Below are positions 1 to 12,038 of a DNA stretch of 64,000 bases, piece by piece. Every line of letters begins with the position of its first letter. The first letter of the stretch is position 1. The DNA is taken from NCBI GenBank assembly GCA_973895155.1, contig OZ316895.1, positions 8,110,184 to 8,174,183 on the forward strand, in the 5' to 3' direction. Source of the stretch: Marsupella aquatica. Taxonomy: Eukaryota; Plantae; Marchantiophyta. The position numbers and the translations under genes are program-made. The notes under the pieces were generated by a model. The model worked only from the letters and a program-made list of their open reading frames with translations. It was not told the DNA's origin and searched no databases.

Positions 1-1197
1 CAGTAGAAGATCTTGAACCTTCTCGTTACCTTCGCCGCTCAGGATGGCTGCTTGTACGGCGGCACCATAAGCTACTGCCTCATCTGGATTGATACTCTTA
101 CACAATTCCTTCCCATTGAAGTAGTCCTGGAGAAGCTGCTGCACCTTCGGGATACGGGTCGACCCGCCAACGAGCACGACATCATGAATTTGGCTCTTAT
201 CCATTTTCGCATCACGTAGACACTTCTCCACTGGTTCCATGCATTTCCTGAACAAATCCATGTTCAGTTCTTCAAACCTGGCGCGCGTAATCGTGGTATA
301 GAAGTCCATGCCCTCATATAAGGAATCGATTTCAATGGTGGTTTGCGCAGTTGAGGACAATGTCCGTTTAGCTCTCTCGGCAGCAGTTCTCAACCGGCGA
401 AGTGCTCGAGGGTTGTTGCTAATATCCTTCTTGTACTTCCTCTTAAATTCCTGCACGAAGTGATTCACCAAGCGATTGTCGAAGTCCTCCCCGCCCAAAT
501 GGGTGTCTCCAGCGGTAGACTTGACTTCAAAAATACCTTCTTCAATAGTCAAAATGGACACATCGAAAGTGCCTCCACCGAGATCGAAGATCAAGACATT
601 CTTCTCTCCCACACTACTCGCTTTCTTATCGAGGCCGTAAGCGATAGCAGCGGCAGTCGGCTCGTTGATGATCCGAAGAACGTTAAGTCCCGCGATGACA
701 CCTGCATCCTTCGTTGCCTGTCTCTGCGAGTCATTGAAGTAGGCCGGTACAGTGACAACAGCATTCTTGATGGTAGTGCCGAGAAAAGCTTCGGCGATTT
801 CCCTCATCTTGGTGAGGACCATAGAAGAAATCTCCTCCCCCGAAAATTCCTTCTCTTCACCCTTGTACATCACACGGACAATTGGCTTGTCCGCAGGTCC
901 AGGCGTGAGCTTAAACGGCCACAGCTTCATGTCAGCCTGCACTGACGGATCGCTGAACCTTCTCCCGATCAAACGCTTCGCGTCGAAGACAGTGTTGACG
1001 GGGTTCATCGCTACTTGGTTCTTCGCCGCATCTCCAATCAGACGCTCGGTATCCGTGAACGCCACATACGAAGGTGTGGTTCGGTTGCCCTGGTCGTTGG
1101 CAATAATCTCGACCCGATCATGCTGCCAAACTCCCACGCAGCTGTAAGTCGTTCCCAGATCGATGCCGATAGCCGGTCCCTCCCCTTTCTCAGCCAT
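1..1197 (-). CDS. HSP70: Cytosolic HSP70, N-terminal 399 codons (runs off the window start); no intron in the visible part
   Basis: Not in the ORF track; read by hand from the reverse complement. From ATG at 1197: [49 protein letters not shown]...[18 protein letters not shown]...[12 protein letters not shown]...[14 protein letters not shown]...[19 protein letters not shown]. All three HSP70 signatures are present. Confidence 0.98.
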   Translation of the reverse strand, partial: MAEKGEGPAIGIDLGTTYSCVGVWQHDRVEIIANDQGNRTTPSYVAFTDTERLIGDAAKNQVAMNPVNTVFDAKRLIGRRFSDPSVQADMKLWPFKLTPGPADKPIVRVMYKGEEKEFSGEEISSMVLTKMREIAEAFLGTTIKNAVVTVPAYFNDSQRQATKDAGVIAGLNVLRIINEPTAAAIAYGLDKKASSVGEKNVLIFDLGGGTFDVSILTIEEGIFEVKSTAGDTHLGGEDFDNRLVNHFVQEFKRKYKKDISNNPRALRRLRTAAERAKRTLSSTAQTTIEIDSLYEGMDFYTTITRARFEELNMDLFRKCMEPVEKCLRDAKMDKSQIHDVVLVGGSTRIPKVQQLLQDYFNGKELCKSINPDEAVAYGAAVQAAILSGEGNEKVQDLLL

Positions 1198-1447
1198 CTC
1201 GTCCTTCTAGCTCGTGCTCAAGACGCAAGTATCTTCTGCTACCTCGAAATCGAGAAGTCGATACACTCACTCTCAATCACGCTACACGAAGCGGAATGTC
1301 GAGCGACAAAATTGCTCTGGCTACAAACTAAATGCTCTCTCCAATGAACGACAGAATCACTCTGGCTAGAAACTACTAATCCTCGTTCCGAACGTCCGCA
1401 CTCCAATCCGAATTCTGAATGCCACCTCCAGAGATGAGAAGGCGCAC

Positions 1448-1680
1448 TTATACTCTGCCCGGATTCGGCTCCACGAAAGCTCGGCCTGCCATGTCACCGC
1501 TGGGGATCCCTCTCCAATTCCATCGCTGGGTCCAGTAGACTCATCTGAACCTTCTACCGAGTTCCTTCCTTCACGGTTTGGACTCGATCATGCTGAGTGG
1601 GCGGGTCTCTACTACTCTAGAGTTCTCCGGGCGTTTCTCGAAGGCTCTGGGAGCATCGTGAAGTGGCTTCTCCGAGCTTC
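1448..1680 (-). promoter_or_regulatory. HSP70 promoter: TATA-like box plus heat-shock elements
   Basis: Minus-strand TATAA at 1452-1448. GAAccTTC at 1547-1554 and TTCtcGAA at 1635-1642, with imperfect nGAAn units nearby. Confidence 0.7.
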
Positions 1681-1732
1681 TGTCTGAGGGGACCGTAGCG
1701 AGGTAGCCTTTTTACCGTAGTAAGTGGCGTTT

Positions 1733-2240
1733 ATTGTTTCGTTTTTTCGTTTCCTTTTCTTCCAATGACAATTCATGAAAACACGCACAAATTCCAAATT
1801 GAGCCAATATGCATTTTGCAATTCGGCTGACATCATCACGACATCGTTTAACTGTAGTTGGTTTGTTTCTTTTTCTGCGAATGACAATCGTGAAAACACA
1901 TATAAAATTAAATTGAACCAGTACGCATTTTACTGTGCTTGTGACATCATCACGATATTGTTTCGTTTTATCGTTTCCTTGTCTTCCAATGACAATTCAT
2001 GAAAACAACCACAAATTCCAAATTGAGCCAATATGGATTTTGCTATTCGGCTGACATCATCACGACATCGTTTATCTGTAGTTGTTTTGTTTCTTTCTCT
2101 GCGAATGACAATTCATGAAAACACATTTAAATTCCAAATTGAACCAGTACGCATTTTACTATGCTTGTGACATCATCAGGACATTGTTTCCTTTTTTGTT
2201 TCCTTTTTCTGCCAATAAAAACCAATCATTCCAAATTGAA
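1733..2240. repeat. Tandem repeat, 224-bp period made of two diverged ~112-bp monomers
   Basis: tccaatgacaattcatgaaaac at 1761 and 1985; gcgaatgacaat at 1877 and 2101; all four monomers carry tgacatcatca. Confidence 0.9.
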
Positions 2241-2923
2241 CCAACACGCATTTCACTAATTATGAGAGTGATGCTCGCATGGGCCGAGCCTGTGAACCAT
2301 GCAACCCCATGGATCATGACACCTTTTACTAGTGTACTCATTGACACTCTTCTCCCTTCCAAAAAGTTTTAATCTGCAAAGTTTGACCTTCAATATCTCC
2401 CTTTCTAACCAGCATGATTGACATTTCTTGGGCTCATTAGAAGCTACTTGGAATAATATTTTCAATACCTCATATTGTCAAATGTCATTGAAAATATAAT
2501 TGTCCCCATTGTCTTGTCACTTCTCTATGTAATCTGTCCTATAAGAGCAAATGGAGGGCTTGGGTGCAGTCCATCTGGGTTGCAAAAATATATCTGGTCC
2601 GTCTGCTAAAAGTGGAGATCCATCTGAGCTTCAACTTCATTCCTCCCACTGCTCGTTTTAAAGGAGTCTAGACAAACTCCCCTTATTAGAGAATACGTGT
2701 CACCCATATGCACAATTTATGTGACTACGTATCAAGGTGAATGCCAAGCCATCTACTCGTTGGTGACCTCCTAAACCCTAAACTCCGGGATGTGAACCCC
2801 ACACTAATCTGGAAATTCAAAGCACAAAGTGAGAGCTACACTTCACCCTGTCTGTGGCAGTCTATGTATATTATGATAGTTGCATCATAACTGTCCAATG
2901 ATATTATCAAGGGATGTTGGAGG

Positions 2924-4114
2924 TGTTGAGCATAGACGACATTCGTAACGGCAAGCCCATGAAACATCCAACGCACAATAGTCGACACAGAGAGATACGT
3001 GGTTCACCTCCACATGAGGCTACGTCCACGGGAACACACAAGAGCTTTACTGCACTCTAGACCGATCGGCCATACCAAGCATCCACAGCACAAGCTCTTC
3101 CTATCTCTCAACTAGCTCCGTAACAATGAGCCTAAGTTCCACCAGGGTCTGGCATCAGCCCTGGCTATATGCACACCAGCACTACCGCTAACATTAGCTA
3201 AGTCCTAACTCGAGTTAGACTAACTGTAGTTAGCTCATGAGTCACAAGACTAGACCGATATCTAACAAACTCCCCCTTGACTTGTCTTGGGGACTAGACT
3301 AAATGCTACCATATGGAATTCTCAGCGGGAAGTTCTAGACAATCACCAAACCAGGTCTCCCCCTAAAAACCACAAGGGTTAACTAAGGGTTAACTAGAAC
3401 TAAGCCGTAGTCTAACAGGAATGAGTAATCCATATACAAATAGTCACACCTTACTAAATAACTATACTTGCACTACAACTGCAAAACCTGCAAAGTAGCA
3501 CGGTGTCTTGAGAAACTCTCCAAAGGAATCACTTTGATAAAGGCATCAGTGGGATTGAGCTTTCCATCAATCTTGACTAGCTCAAAAGTTTTATCAGACA
3601 CTGCTTGCCTGATAAAATGGTACCTGATATCAATGTGCTTCACCCTGCTATCCATCACCTGGTTGGCAGCCAAGTGAAGAGCACTTTGACTATCACAGTT
3701 TAGAGTCATTTTGCCATGCTCTAAACCCATCTCCGCGATCAACTTATCCAACCAAATTGCTTCCTTTGCTGCTTTTGCTGCTGCTTCTGCTGCTGCAACA
3801 TACTATGCTTCTGTAGTAGATTGAGAAATGCACTTTTGCAAGGTAGATTTCCAACTGATACATCCTCCTCCAAGAGTGTATACAAACCCAGTTGTAGACC
3901 TCCTTGTATCCAGACAGCCTCCATAGTCAGAATCTACATAGCCAACTAACGTTCTATCTGATCTGACATCAAATAGTAATCCATCCCTTCACATACCTGA
4001 GAATCCATTTCACAGCTTCCCAGTGTATCTTCCCTGGATTTGACATGAATCTGCTAACCTTGCCCATCGCTAGGGCCAAGTCAGGCCTAGTACAAGTCAT
4101 CAAATACATCAGAC
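2924..4114 (-). mobile_element. Truncated Ty1/Copia element: 3' LTR (2924-3267), PPT and decayed RT-end/RNase H
   Basis: 344-bp TG...CA LTR of the same family as 26840-27183. PPT at ~3270-3278. ORF 3473-3751 reads CDSQSALHLAAN...KHIDIRYHFIR. Homology stops abruptly at 4114. Confidence 0.95.
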
Positions 4115-5105
4115 CCTGGGCCCTCACTCTTACTATATTAAGTGAACCCCCTTGAGAACAGACACCCCGTGTACCCCTTCTTAATATTTTTGTTCACAAA
4201 AAAAATCTCCTTGTTAATGTAAAAATATTAAATTTTCTATTAAATTTTATCCTTTTGTAAATTATAATAGAGTTTTTCAAGGAATTGAAAACACCCTTGA
4301 ATTTTTAAAATTGCAAATATCATACTGAAATAGATGAGACTGCATAGGGGACTTGTATGGCTGTTACGCCCAATGTTCAGGATACATATTTTATATAGAT
4401 GAACAAAATTAATACACTACAAGAATAGTTCTTCCTATAGTATCCAAACAGGCATGCACTCTCCTCTTAGTGTTCGCAACAGTGCCTCTAAACTTCTGGT
4501 TTCATGAGTACTATATGTATAATCGAGGGATAATACTCCAAAGTCTGAACCAACTATAATAAACATTGGTTGAGCACCCGATACCCCCCTACACACGCAA
4601 ACACATCTAGCCTCATACCTGGCTGTTTGATTCAAGAGAATTCAAAAGTAATCTTGTCCTTCCATGTGGGGTTGATCCATGAATCCCCATCAATCCCAGA
4701 TTCCCAACATTTACTCAACTCCCGACTTAACTCCTAAACATGTGGGTAAACATGTCTACCCAAAACCATTTGTCCCACCATAAAGGGTCCCACAAAACTA
4801 AACTTGCCTTAAGACAACAAATAATTAAATGTTTGATTTACTATATGAACACGTGTGCAAATGAGGTGATGACTGTATATGTCCCAACCATATAGTGACG
4901 CGTGTACTTGGCATTTTGGGTACCCTTGCGTAAGAATAATGTGACATGTATTTGATAAGAGCCTTATTACTAATATTGTGATAAATGTATATACAGGGAT
5001 GTTGCCTACTTTAAAAATTATTATAAAAATTTGTTTGTATTACATTAAAAATACCCTTGCGTTGTTCGCACGTCCTCCCTGTATTAGTAACGCTGAGGGC
5101 CCAGG
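4115..5105. mobile_element. Non-autonomous TIR DNA element, ~990 bp
   Basis: Left end CCTGGGCCCTCActcTTACTA; reverse complement of right end CCTGGGCCCTCAgcgTTACTA. AT-rich non-coding interior. Copia sequence abuts both ends exactly. No TSD. Confidence 0.85.
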
Positions 5106-5310
5106 CGACCGGCCATACCAAGCATTCACAGCACAAGCTCTCTCTATCTCTCAACTAGTTCCGTAACAATGAGCCTAAGTTCCACCAGGGTCTGGCATCA
5201 GCCCTAGCTTTATGCACAACAGCACTACCGCTAACATTAGCTAAGTCCTAACCCAAGTTAGACTAACTGTGGTTAGCTCATGAGTCACAAGACTAGAGCA
5301 ATATCTAACA
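5106..5310 (-). mobile_element. Partial Copia LTR (5' ~205 bp)
   Basis: cgaccggccataccaagc...gcaatatctaaca is the reverse complement of the family LTR start. Confidence 0.92.
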
Positions 5311-5860
5311 GAATCACCGGTACTTTGTATTACCATGAATGTACTCATATTTGTCTTCCATGAAATTGTCCTAAATACCTTTAAAATTCACTTCATTTAA
5401 TCTCTCTACTCTGACTCATGTATCTATTCTAATGTGCAACTCTTCATCGTTCCAAATAGTTCAATACAAGAAGCTTACATAATCAAGGGGTCCTCGGACT
5501 AATTTATTTTTTGAGTTTAGAGACAGGTGATAATGTACTCAATTTTAAAAAATACCTTTCAATTTTGGGCTGAGCCCACATGGGGTCCTGGCCATCCAAA
5601 CATTGCTTGAATAAGATTCCTGATTGCCATTGAGTCTTAAGAAAACATTATATTTTTGTTAAAAAGGTCCAGACTTTGAACAGGTCCTAAATTTTATAGT
5701 TGTCTTTTAACCTCGTGTAATCAGAGTGACTTTGACATTGGGAAGGAAGGAGTATGTCCATAATGAAAGAGACTAACAATGAAAGGGACCAGGCTCAAAT
5801 TGAAGGCGGGTGGTCCTCCCTTCTTTCCCAACATTGTCAGAAGGAATTATGCCACAAGGC

Positions 5861-6110
5861 TTGTGCTGTACTTATTTCATAATGTGAAAAGAAAAACAAA
5901 ACAGTCACGTTTGGAGATTTGTAGATCTCTAACTCTCAATGAAATTTGAAAATGTTAGCTAGGCTTACTGAAAAGATCTTTCCAAGCGTATTGTGCTGTA
6001 CTTATTTCAAAATGTGAAAAGAAAAACAAATTTTGGAGATTTGTAGATCTCTAACTCTCAATGAAATTTGAAAATGTTAGCTAGGCTTACTGAAAAGATC
6101 TTTCCAAGCA
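5861..6110. repeat. Tandem duplication, ~125-130 bp x2
   Basis: ttgtgctgtacttatttca...gaaaagatctttccaagc starts at 5861 and at 5991. Confidence 0.92.
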
Positions 6111-7018
6111 TACCCAAGAACATCATATGCCATTGGATATGGAGAGAGATAGTAAAATTCAAAGTAAGTTGTTGAAAAGACCTTTCCAACCGGCTTCTAG
6201 TGAGCCCCGGAAGAACACATTCTGCTGGCTATAGAGGGAGATATTAAATCTCAAACTTGGCTCTCCAAAGCGTTTTGGAAACTAGGGTGTCCATGAGCAA
6301 ACGTGTAAGAGGTGTCAAAGTCCATCGGGGTTGCATGGTTCACCAGCTCCATCTGAACACAATGCAAAACACAAACCCATATCACAATGAAAATCAGTGG
6401 AATTCACCTCTCCATAATCCTTGATGAAAAAATAAACCAAAATGGCCAAAAATACAGTCACTTTGAAAGAAGTGTAGCTCACCTACTCCTCTAGAATATC
6501 CCCAAAACTACAATATACTTGAATTTATGACTATCAAGTTGTTAGAATTAAACTCAAATTTTGGAAAATGTGGTCCGTGGGGGCTTAAACACCAACCTTG
6601 ATGTGCATGGTGGCTTCAAATTCTAAGTAACCAGCTCCTAAAAAGACAATCCAGAATAACTTCTAGCAACGAAAATTCTCTGGAAAAAAACCCACTCAGA
6701 AAAAAAGCCCAATAAAATTACTTGGTGGAAATTGACGAGTACCATAGATCGTTCCAAGTGTACGGCACACGTACATAGGATTAATGCAGTGACTCGATGT
6801 CCTCCATATGGCACCCAAAGGTGAGATCAGCAAGATTTCCCACTCACAGCACGACATGTCACCGATGGGTTGCTTCCAACTACCAAACTTCTCTCGACAG
6901 TTTACGAGCTACCCCCTAATCTATCACCCAATGTGTTCCCAATCCGGTCCTGAGTAAGTCCCCCATGCATGTACCGAAAGGGGCCCTCCATCAGATACCA
7001 GTCGCTTGATCGCAGTCT

Positions 7019-7530
7019 TTGAGGTGTAATCGGTAATCCTGAAACGTACCGTAATTGGCAAACGGAGGACTCTCGTCAGGGTGTCTAGAAAATTGCACCG
7101 GCTGCTGGAGCGATGGTTCTGGATTGCAGTGTTTGAGGTGTAATCCTAAAATGTGCAGTCATTAGCAGACAGAGGTCTCTCTTCAGGCTGTCTAGTAAAT
7201 TTTATCGGCTGATGGAGGGATGGTTCTGCCAGTTTGCACTGGGAGTGCCCCAGTCGGATCCAGAGTGTTCCAAGCTCGTGATCGTGTGAACCGTCACGTA
7301 GTTCTTGGGTACTGTCATCTGCTGCCGCAGTCGCGTAATCCGCGTGATCGGAGTATTGGAGGTGTAAGTGTAATCAGCAAACGGAGGTCTCTCTTCAGGC
7401 TGTCTAGTCAATTCCATCGGCTGCTGGAGAGATGGTTCCATAGTGTTCCAAGCTCATGATCGTGTGAACCATCTAGGAATTGGCAGTGTAGACTAGGTAG
7501 TTCTTGAATTGGGTACTGTAATCTGCCGCT
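7019..7530. repeat. Degenerate tandem repeat (three copies of a core) upstream of the first sHSP
   Basis: gaggtgtaa...gagg(a/t)ctctc.tcagg.tgtctag...cggctg.tggag.gatggttc recurs from ~7019, ~7133 and ~7358. Confidence 0.8.
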
Positions 7531-7614
7531 TGAAAGGGGCGTAAAGTTGGGTTACGCAGCTGTAATGCAAAGTGTCAATGATCCCAACCTCCAATAAAAG
7601 CAACAAGTTGGAGG

Positions 7615-8073
7615 GAAGTCCGGTAGACAGAACCGGTAGTTCGGTAGACAGAACCGGTACAGCGGGTTTCTTCGAGAAAAGTCCAGTAGGCTCCACCTGA
7701 CGAGAGACTCTTCGCAGGAAGTCCAGTGGACTCGATGACGGAAACTCCTCGTCTGATCCAGAAGGATCCAAAGCCGTAATGCAACACGGAAACAGTCGAC
7801 TATACAGAGTTTTCCAGAGTATGGCGCATGGAGGCGAGGCAATGCCGAACCTTGCGCTGAACACTACAAATTCCCCCCTAGCCGGGCTGCGTATCACTCA
7901 AATTTCGTATTGCAATACGCAAGCACGTTTCCAGCAGACTGCAGAGGAAATCTTAGAAGGGGATTGAGCAATAGAAGTCCTACATTTGCGATAGAAGTCC
8001 TACGTTTGCGATAAGTGTCAAGCCTGCTTGTCCACTCTGATCTGAAATCCCGAATCTTATTGTCGTAGAAAGA
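7615..8073 (+). promoter_or_regulatory. sHSP promoter with HSE-like motifs and short tandem duplications
   Basis: TTCgaGAAaaGTC at 7671-7683. A 21-bp doublet cggtagacagaaccggta at ~7621-7660 and a 20-bp doublet atagaagtcctac.tttgcg at ~7971-8010. No canonical TATA seen. Confidence 0.55.
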
Positions 8074-8550
8074 ATGGCGCTATCTTCGCCCAAAAGCGGA
8101 CGACACCACTCCGGACGCAACACTCTCTGGGATCCCTTCGTGTGGGAGAGCAGGTGGGATCCGTTCGACTTGGCTCACTTCTCGCCACCTCGTTCATTTA
8201 GTCATAGTGCTGGAGCCATCGCCGGTACCAAAGTTGATTGGCGAGAAACAGACGACACGCACGTATTCAAAGCCGACCTCCCAGGACTGAAGAAGGAAGA
8301 CATCAAAGTGGAAGTGGAAGACGATCGGGTACTTCAAATTAGCGGCGAGCTCAGCCACGAAGATGAAAAGAAAGGCGACAAATGGCACACTGTTGAACGC
8401 TCTCATGGCAAGTTCCTCCGCAGGTTCAAGCTGCCGGATAACGCCAACACAGAGTCTGCGAGCGCCAAAGTGGAGGATGGCGTACTCACTGTGACCATCC
8501 CTAAAACTCAAACCAAGTCACCAGAGAAGAGGGCGACTGAAGTCGCATAA
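8074..8550 (+). CDS. Small heat shock protein (HSP20/alpha-crystallin), cytosolic class-I-like, 158 aa
   Basis: VDWRETDDTHVFKADLPGLKKEDIKVEVEDDRVLQISGE...WHTVERSHGKFLRRFKLPDNA...VEDGVLTVTIPK; intronless. Confidence 0.97.
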   Translation: MALSSPKSGRHHSGRNTLWDPFVWESRWDPFDLAHFSPPRSFSHSAGAIAGTKVDWRETDDTHVFKADLPGLKKEDIKVEVEDDRVLQISGELSHEDEKKGDKWHTVERSHGKFLRRFKLPDNANTESASAKVEDGVLTVTIPKTQTKSPEKRATEVA

Positions 8551-11050
8551 TTTCTTGGCTTCTTAATCATTGTGAATCTATCGAGGCCAATGATCCACTC
8601 TAATCTCTCCAGTATAGGCAAAACGGTGTTACAGAGTTCGCAAAGGATACAAAAGTCCGCAACATTTTTGACAGATTTCAAGTTAGGGAATTAAATGATC
8701 GCAAAGACAGCATACTTAGGGCAGCCAGATCGCTGGCAGTGAATCCAAGTCTGGCAGACACCAGCGTTGTACACATATTCACTGGGAAATAAAAGATCTA
8801 TCGATAAATCTGTGACGTATATTGCAAATCACTTGAGAATGTTGAGTAATTATGTACCATGATGTTTGCTCCTTTCATAAAACGATCTATGTCGACTCCT
8901 TCCACAAAAACTCGTACGTCCTCATTGATGACGCCAGTCAGTGGAGTGAGAAACGGCAGTTAGAGCATTGTCGATTTAAAAGACTTGTTCTTTTCGTTGC
9001 GAAATTTCAAGTGCATACTACTGACCAATACACTTTCCTTGTAAATGTTCGTTTTCTCGAAAGGATACGTTATTGGATCATATCACCCGCTATTTTACTC
9101 GAAACCGAACAAAGCTTAGATCAGAAATCATCATCCGGAGACGGTTGAAGTTCAATCGTACATGAACCAGTCACCAAGACTGGTGACATTGAGTACCGTC
9201 ATAACAGCCACCAAGTCTTCAACGCTCCAGTTTCAAAGCAGAAATCTCACCATGTGACGGCAACCATGAACTGCATGATAGGATTGTCAAAGGCAAAATG
9301 TCATGGGGACTTCCTCATATATCTCTTATCTTGAAAGAAATTGAACTTGCAGACTCAAAGTCGCAATTGGTGTCAAATAGTTTCCAACACCTTCATAGTG
9401 ACCTAACAAAACATATGATTTGATCATCATTGATGCGCGATACAGATCCTGCATTTTATGACGTTAATTCCTAGTTTCGAAACTACTCTTTCAATATTTC
9501 ATCGTACACGATAACAAGTTTCGTTACTGTCCTCATCGTGACTTAATTCAAACTGACGGATAGTTTTCTAGTTACCTGAAAATCAATGAAAGTTGTCGCC
9601 TAACTTCTATTCAACTCCAAAACCTGATCGACTCAGGGCGTCAACTTTGCATCGATAGGTTCTAACCTGCAGAGAGTGCTCTAGTGTGATTTCAGATGAA
9701 CTATGGTTTTTCGTGATCTATGTTTCTAACTAACTGCTGGCGTTGCAATTGCCCTGCCGGTAATCACACATCAAAAAATGTGTTAATATACAGTGTGTAG
9801 TCATTGATTTACAGAAAATAACAAGGTTTATCATGGTATGGAGGGATGTGACACCATATATGTCATATTTTGATGTGCAAATACCGGGACATAACGGTCT
9901 GCCTTGTTTCATTAGATCAAGAGTTTCTTGGATCAAGCTCTGCTTTGGGCCTTATTTCCGATGAAGACCGGCTTGCAACGGGATCCCACATTCCAGAAGT
10001 AGCTGTTGTGATACTCAGCAGAGATTGAAGAGCTACCCTGCGTATTCTGGCCAGCCATCGTCTCTACATGAGTTAACAATCAATTGTCCATATTTGAACA
10101 GCTTGCCTTAATCAGTTGGACTTGAGACAAGCGCCAACATCTTGGATTATTTGCGTAGGACAGTTTTCGAAACATTTAGGCGCTTAAAAGCTTTAGAAGC
10201 TTTGGAACTTAGTCTGCCATGTAATTATGTTTTTTACAGATTCGTTTGAGCATTCAATGATCTTAATAAATTAGATTTTTTATCATACTGCTTCGTGGAA
10301 GCTTTCAGAGATTTTTGAAACTTGGGAAGCTTCAAAGAAATTCAAGCCAGATGAGTTGGTGCGATTATTTTCAGGGGTTTGCCAGAGTCGTTCGGGTTTC
10401 TGCTAGAGGCGCCACATACATGTCTGCTGGTTTGAGGATTGGAATACGTAAAGATACTGAGGACATGTATCCTTGAAAAGTACTCTCATCTTGGACAATT
10501 TTACGGTACTACAATTTTTCAACTGCATTAGTGCGAAGATGCTGCACTTCCGAGACTGCTTACAGGTGTTGGGGAACCGATTACAATAAATTGCCTGGAG
10601 AATCGAATCTTGTGAATGGGGAAATTTCCCATTCGATGAGATAAGCCAAGTGTCAGCATTACTTCATGTATTTCTGGACTTTGAATATACGATAACAATG
10701 TCGCAATAATGTGGTGGAAGGACAAACAACTACTCCCAAGCTATTGACAGAATCACAGAATGTTACGGTGTACAGAATTGTATCGAATTGACGTCTCTAT
10801 TCAACTCCAATTGTTACATAAGTTTGCCATTAGTGGCAATCAACGATTCTAACGAACCTATCTATTTCGCCGCCTATTCGCGAGTCTTTCAACTTTTCAT
10901 CGTTCCTCATCTGTTCGAAGACAGTAATTTTTGTCCCTTAATATTTCACCACTTTATCATCAATTTGCCTACCGATCCTACCCCTAAAGCGGGTCCTTGG
11001 TTTTCTGTTATACATGTCCACAACAGCAAAGCTATAGGACTGGTGGAACA

Positions 11051-11515
11051 TCAAGCAACTGCAATGCTTCTCTTCTCAGGTGTCTTACTCTGACTTTTCG
11101 GTACAGTCACAGTGAGCACACCATCCTCCACTTTGGCACTTATAGAATCAGCTTGTGCATTATCCGGTAGCTTGAACCTGCGGAGGAATTTGCCATATGA
11201 GCGCTCTACCCTGTGCCATTGATCCCCTTTCTTTTCCTCTTCTTGGATGCGCTCTCCACTGATTTGGAGAACTCGCTCATCCTCCAGCTGCACTTTGATT
11301 TGTTCCTTCTTCAAACCTGGCAGATCAGCTTTGAAAATATGGGCCTCCTCTGTTTCCACCCAATCGACTTTGGTACCGGAAATGACTCCGGCATCTCGCG
11401 AGAGCGAACGAGCTGGCGAACGGTGGACTACTTCAAACGGTTGCCATGAGCTCTCCGTCCAGAATGGTTCCCAGAGACTGTTGGATCGTCCATCACCGAA
11501 AAACGACAGTGCCAT
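11051..11515 (-). CDS. Small heat shock protein, cytosolic class-I-like, 154 aa
   Basis: VDWVETEEAHIFKADLPGLKKE...LQISGER...WHRVERSYGKFLRRFKLPDNA...DGVLTVTVPK...SIAVA. Confidence 0.97.
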   Translation of the reverse strand: MALSFFGDGRSNSLWEPFWTESSWQPFEVVHRSPARSLSRDAGVISGTKVDWVETEEAHIFKADLPGLKKEQIKVQLEDERVLQISGERIQEEEKKGDQWHRVERSYGKFLRRFKLPDNAQADSISAKVEDGVLTVTVPKSQSKTPEKRSIAVA

Positions 11516-11666
11516 TCTCTCTGCGCCCTGATTTCTAAAGCCTGGTAACTTGAAAGCGAAATTATGATGTCACACTAGCAATGCTTGCGATATCAGTACT
11601 GCTCTCGCAACTTGTGAGTGTCGTTGTCAACGAATTCTGACTGCCGCACCAAAGATGTGAATACGA

Positions 11667-11960
11667 ATTTATACTGTCCCATCGAGAGCTCCAGAGCCGT
11701 TCCTACTTCGGGTGGATTCCACTGCACGAAACTGCAGCTGCTGTGGCGCTGTTGGGGATTGTTCTGGAAGCCCAAGTCTGGATGCTCCTGGTCCGTTTCA
11801 CCGGAAGGTAATGTGGAGGATTCGACTCGATTCCTGAGCGACCTCTCTCGAAGGTAGCAGAGATCTCTCGATTCAACTAGATTCCTGATCGACCTCTCTC
11901 GAAAGTAGCAGAGATCTCTCGGCTTTCCTCGAAGAATCCCTTTGCTTCTTCGAAAAGGTG
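11667..11960 (-). promoter_or_regulatory. sHSP promoter: TATAAAT, HSEs and a 51-bp tandem duplication
   Basis: TATAAAT at 11673-11667; TTCtgGAA at 11762-11769; 51-bp copies at 11819-11869 and 11870-11920, each with CTCtcGAA. Confidence 0.75.
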
Positions 11961-12038
11961 GATATGGCTGTCCTGTTACTAGGGAGTTCTATTGGGTATT
12001 GGGTATCTCCAGAGGTAAAGGTCAAATGAGCCTGTAAC

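Larger units (their letters stand above)
2286..6350. repeat. Degenerate ~185-bp inverted repeat pair (2286-2472 and 6164-6350)
   Basis: gtgaaccatgcaacccc...aatatctccct...gggctcattagaagc on the left matches the reverse complement of gcttctagtgagccc...agggagatatt...ggggttgcatggttcac on the right. Confidence 0.8.

Noticed and set aside
13-1347. Long plus-strand ORFs (13-219, 460-945, 752-1147, 1015-1347)
   Set aside because: They are antisense shadows of HSP70, a well-known artefact often mislabelled NAD-specific glutamate dehydrogenase; here the frame is broken by stops.
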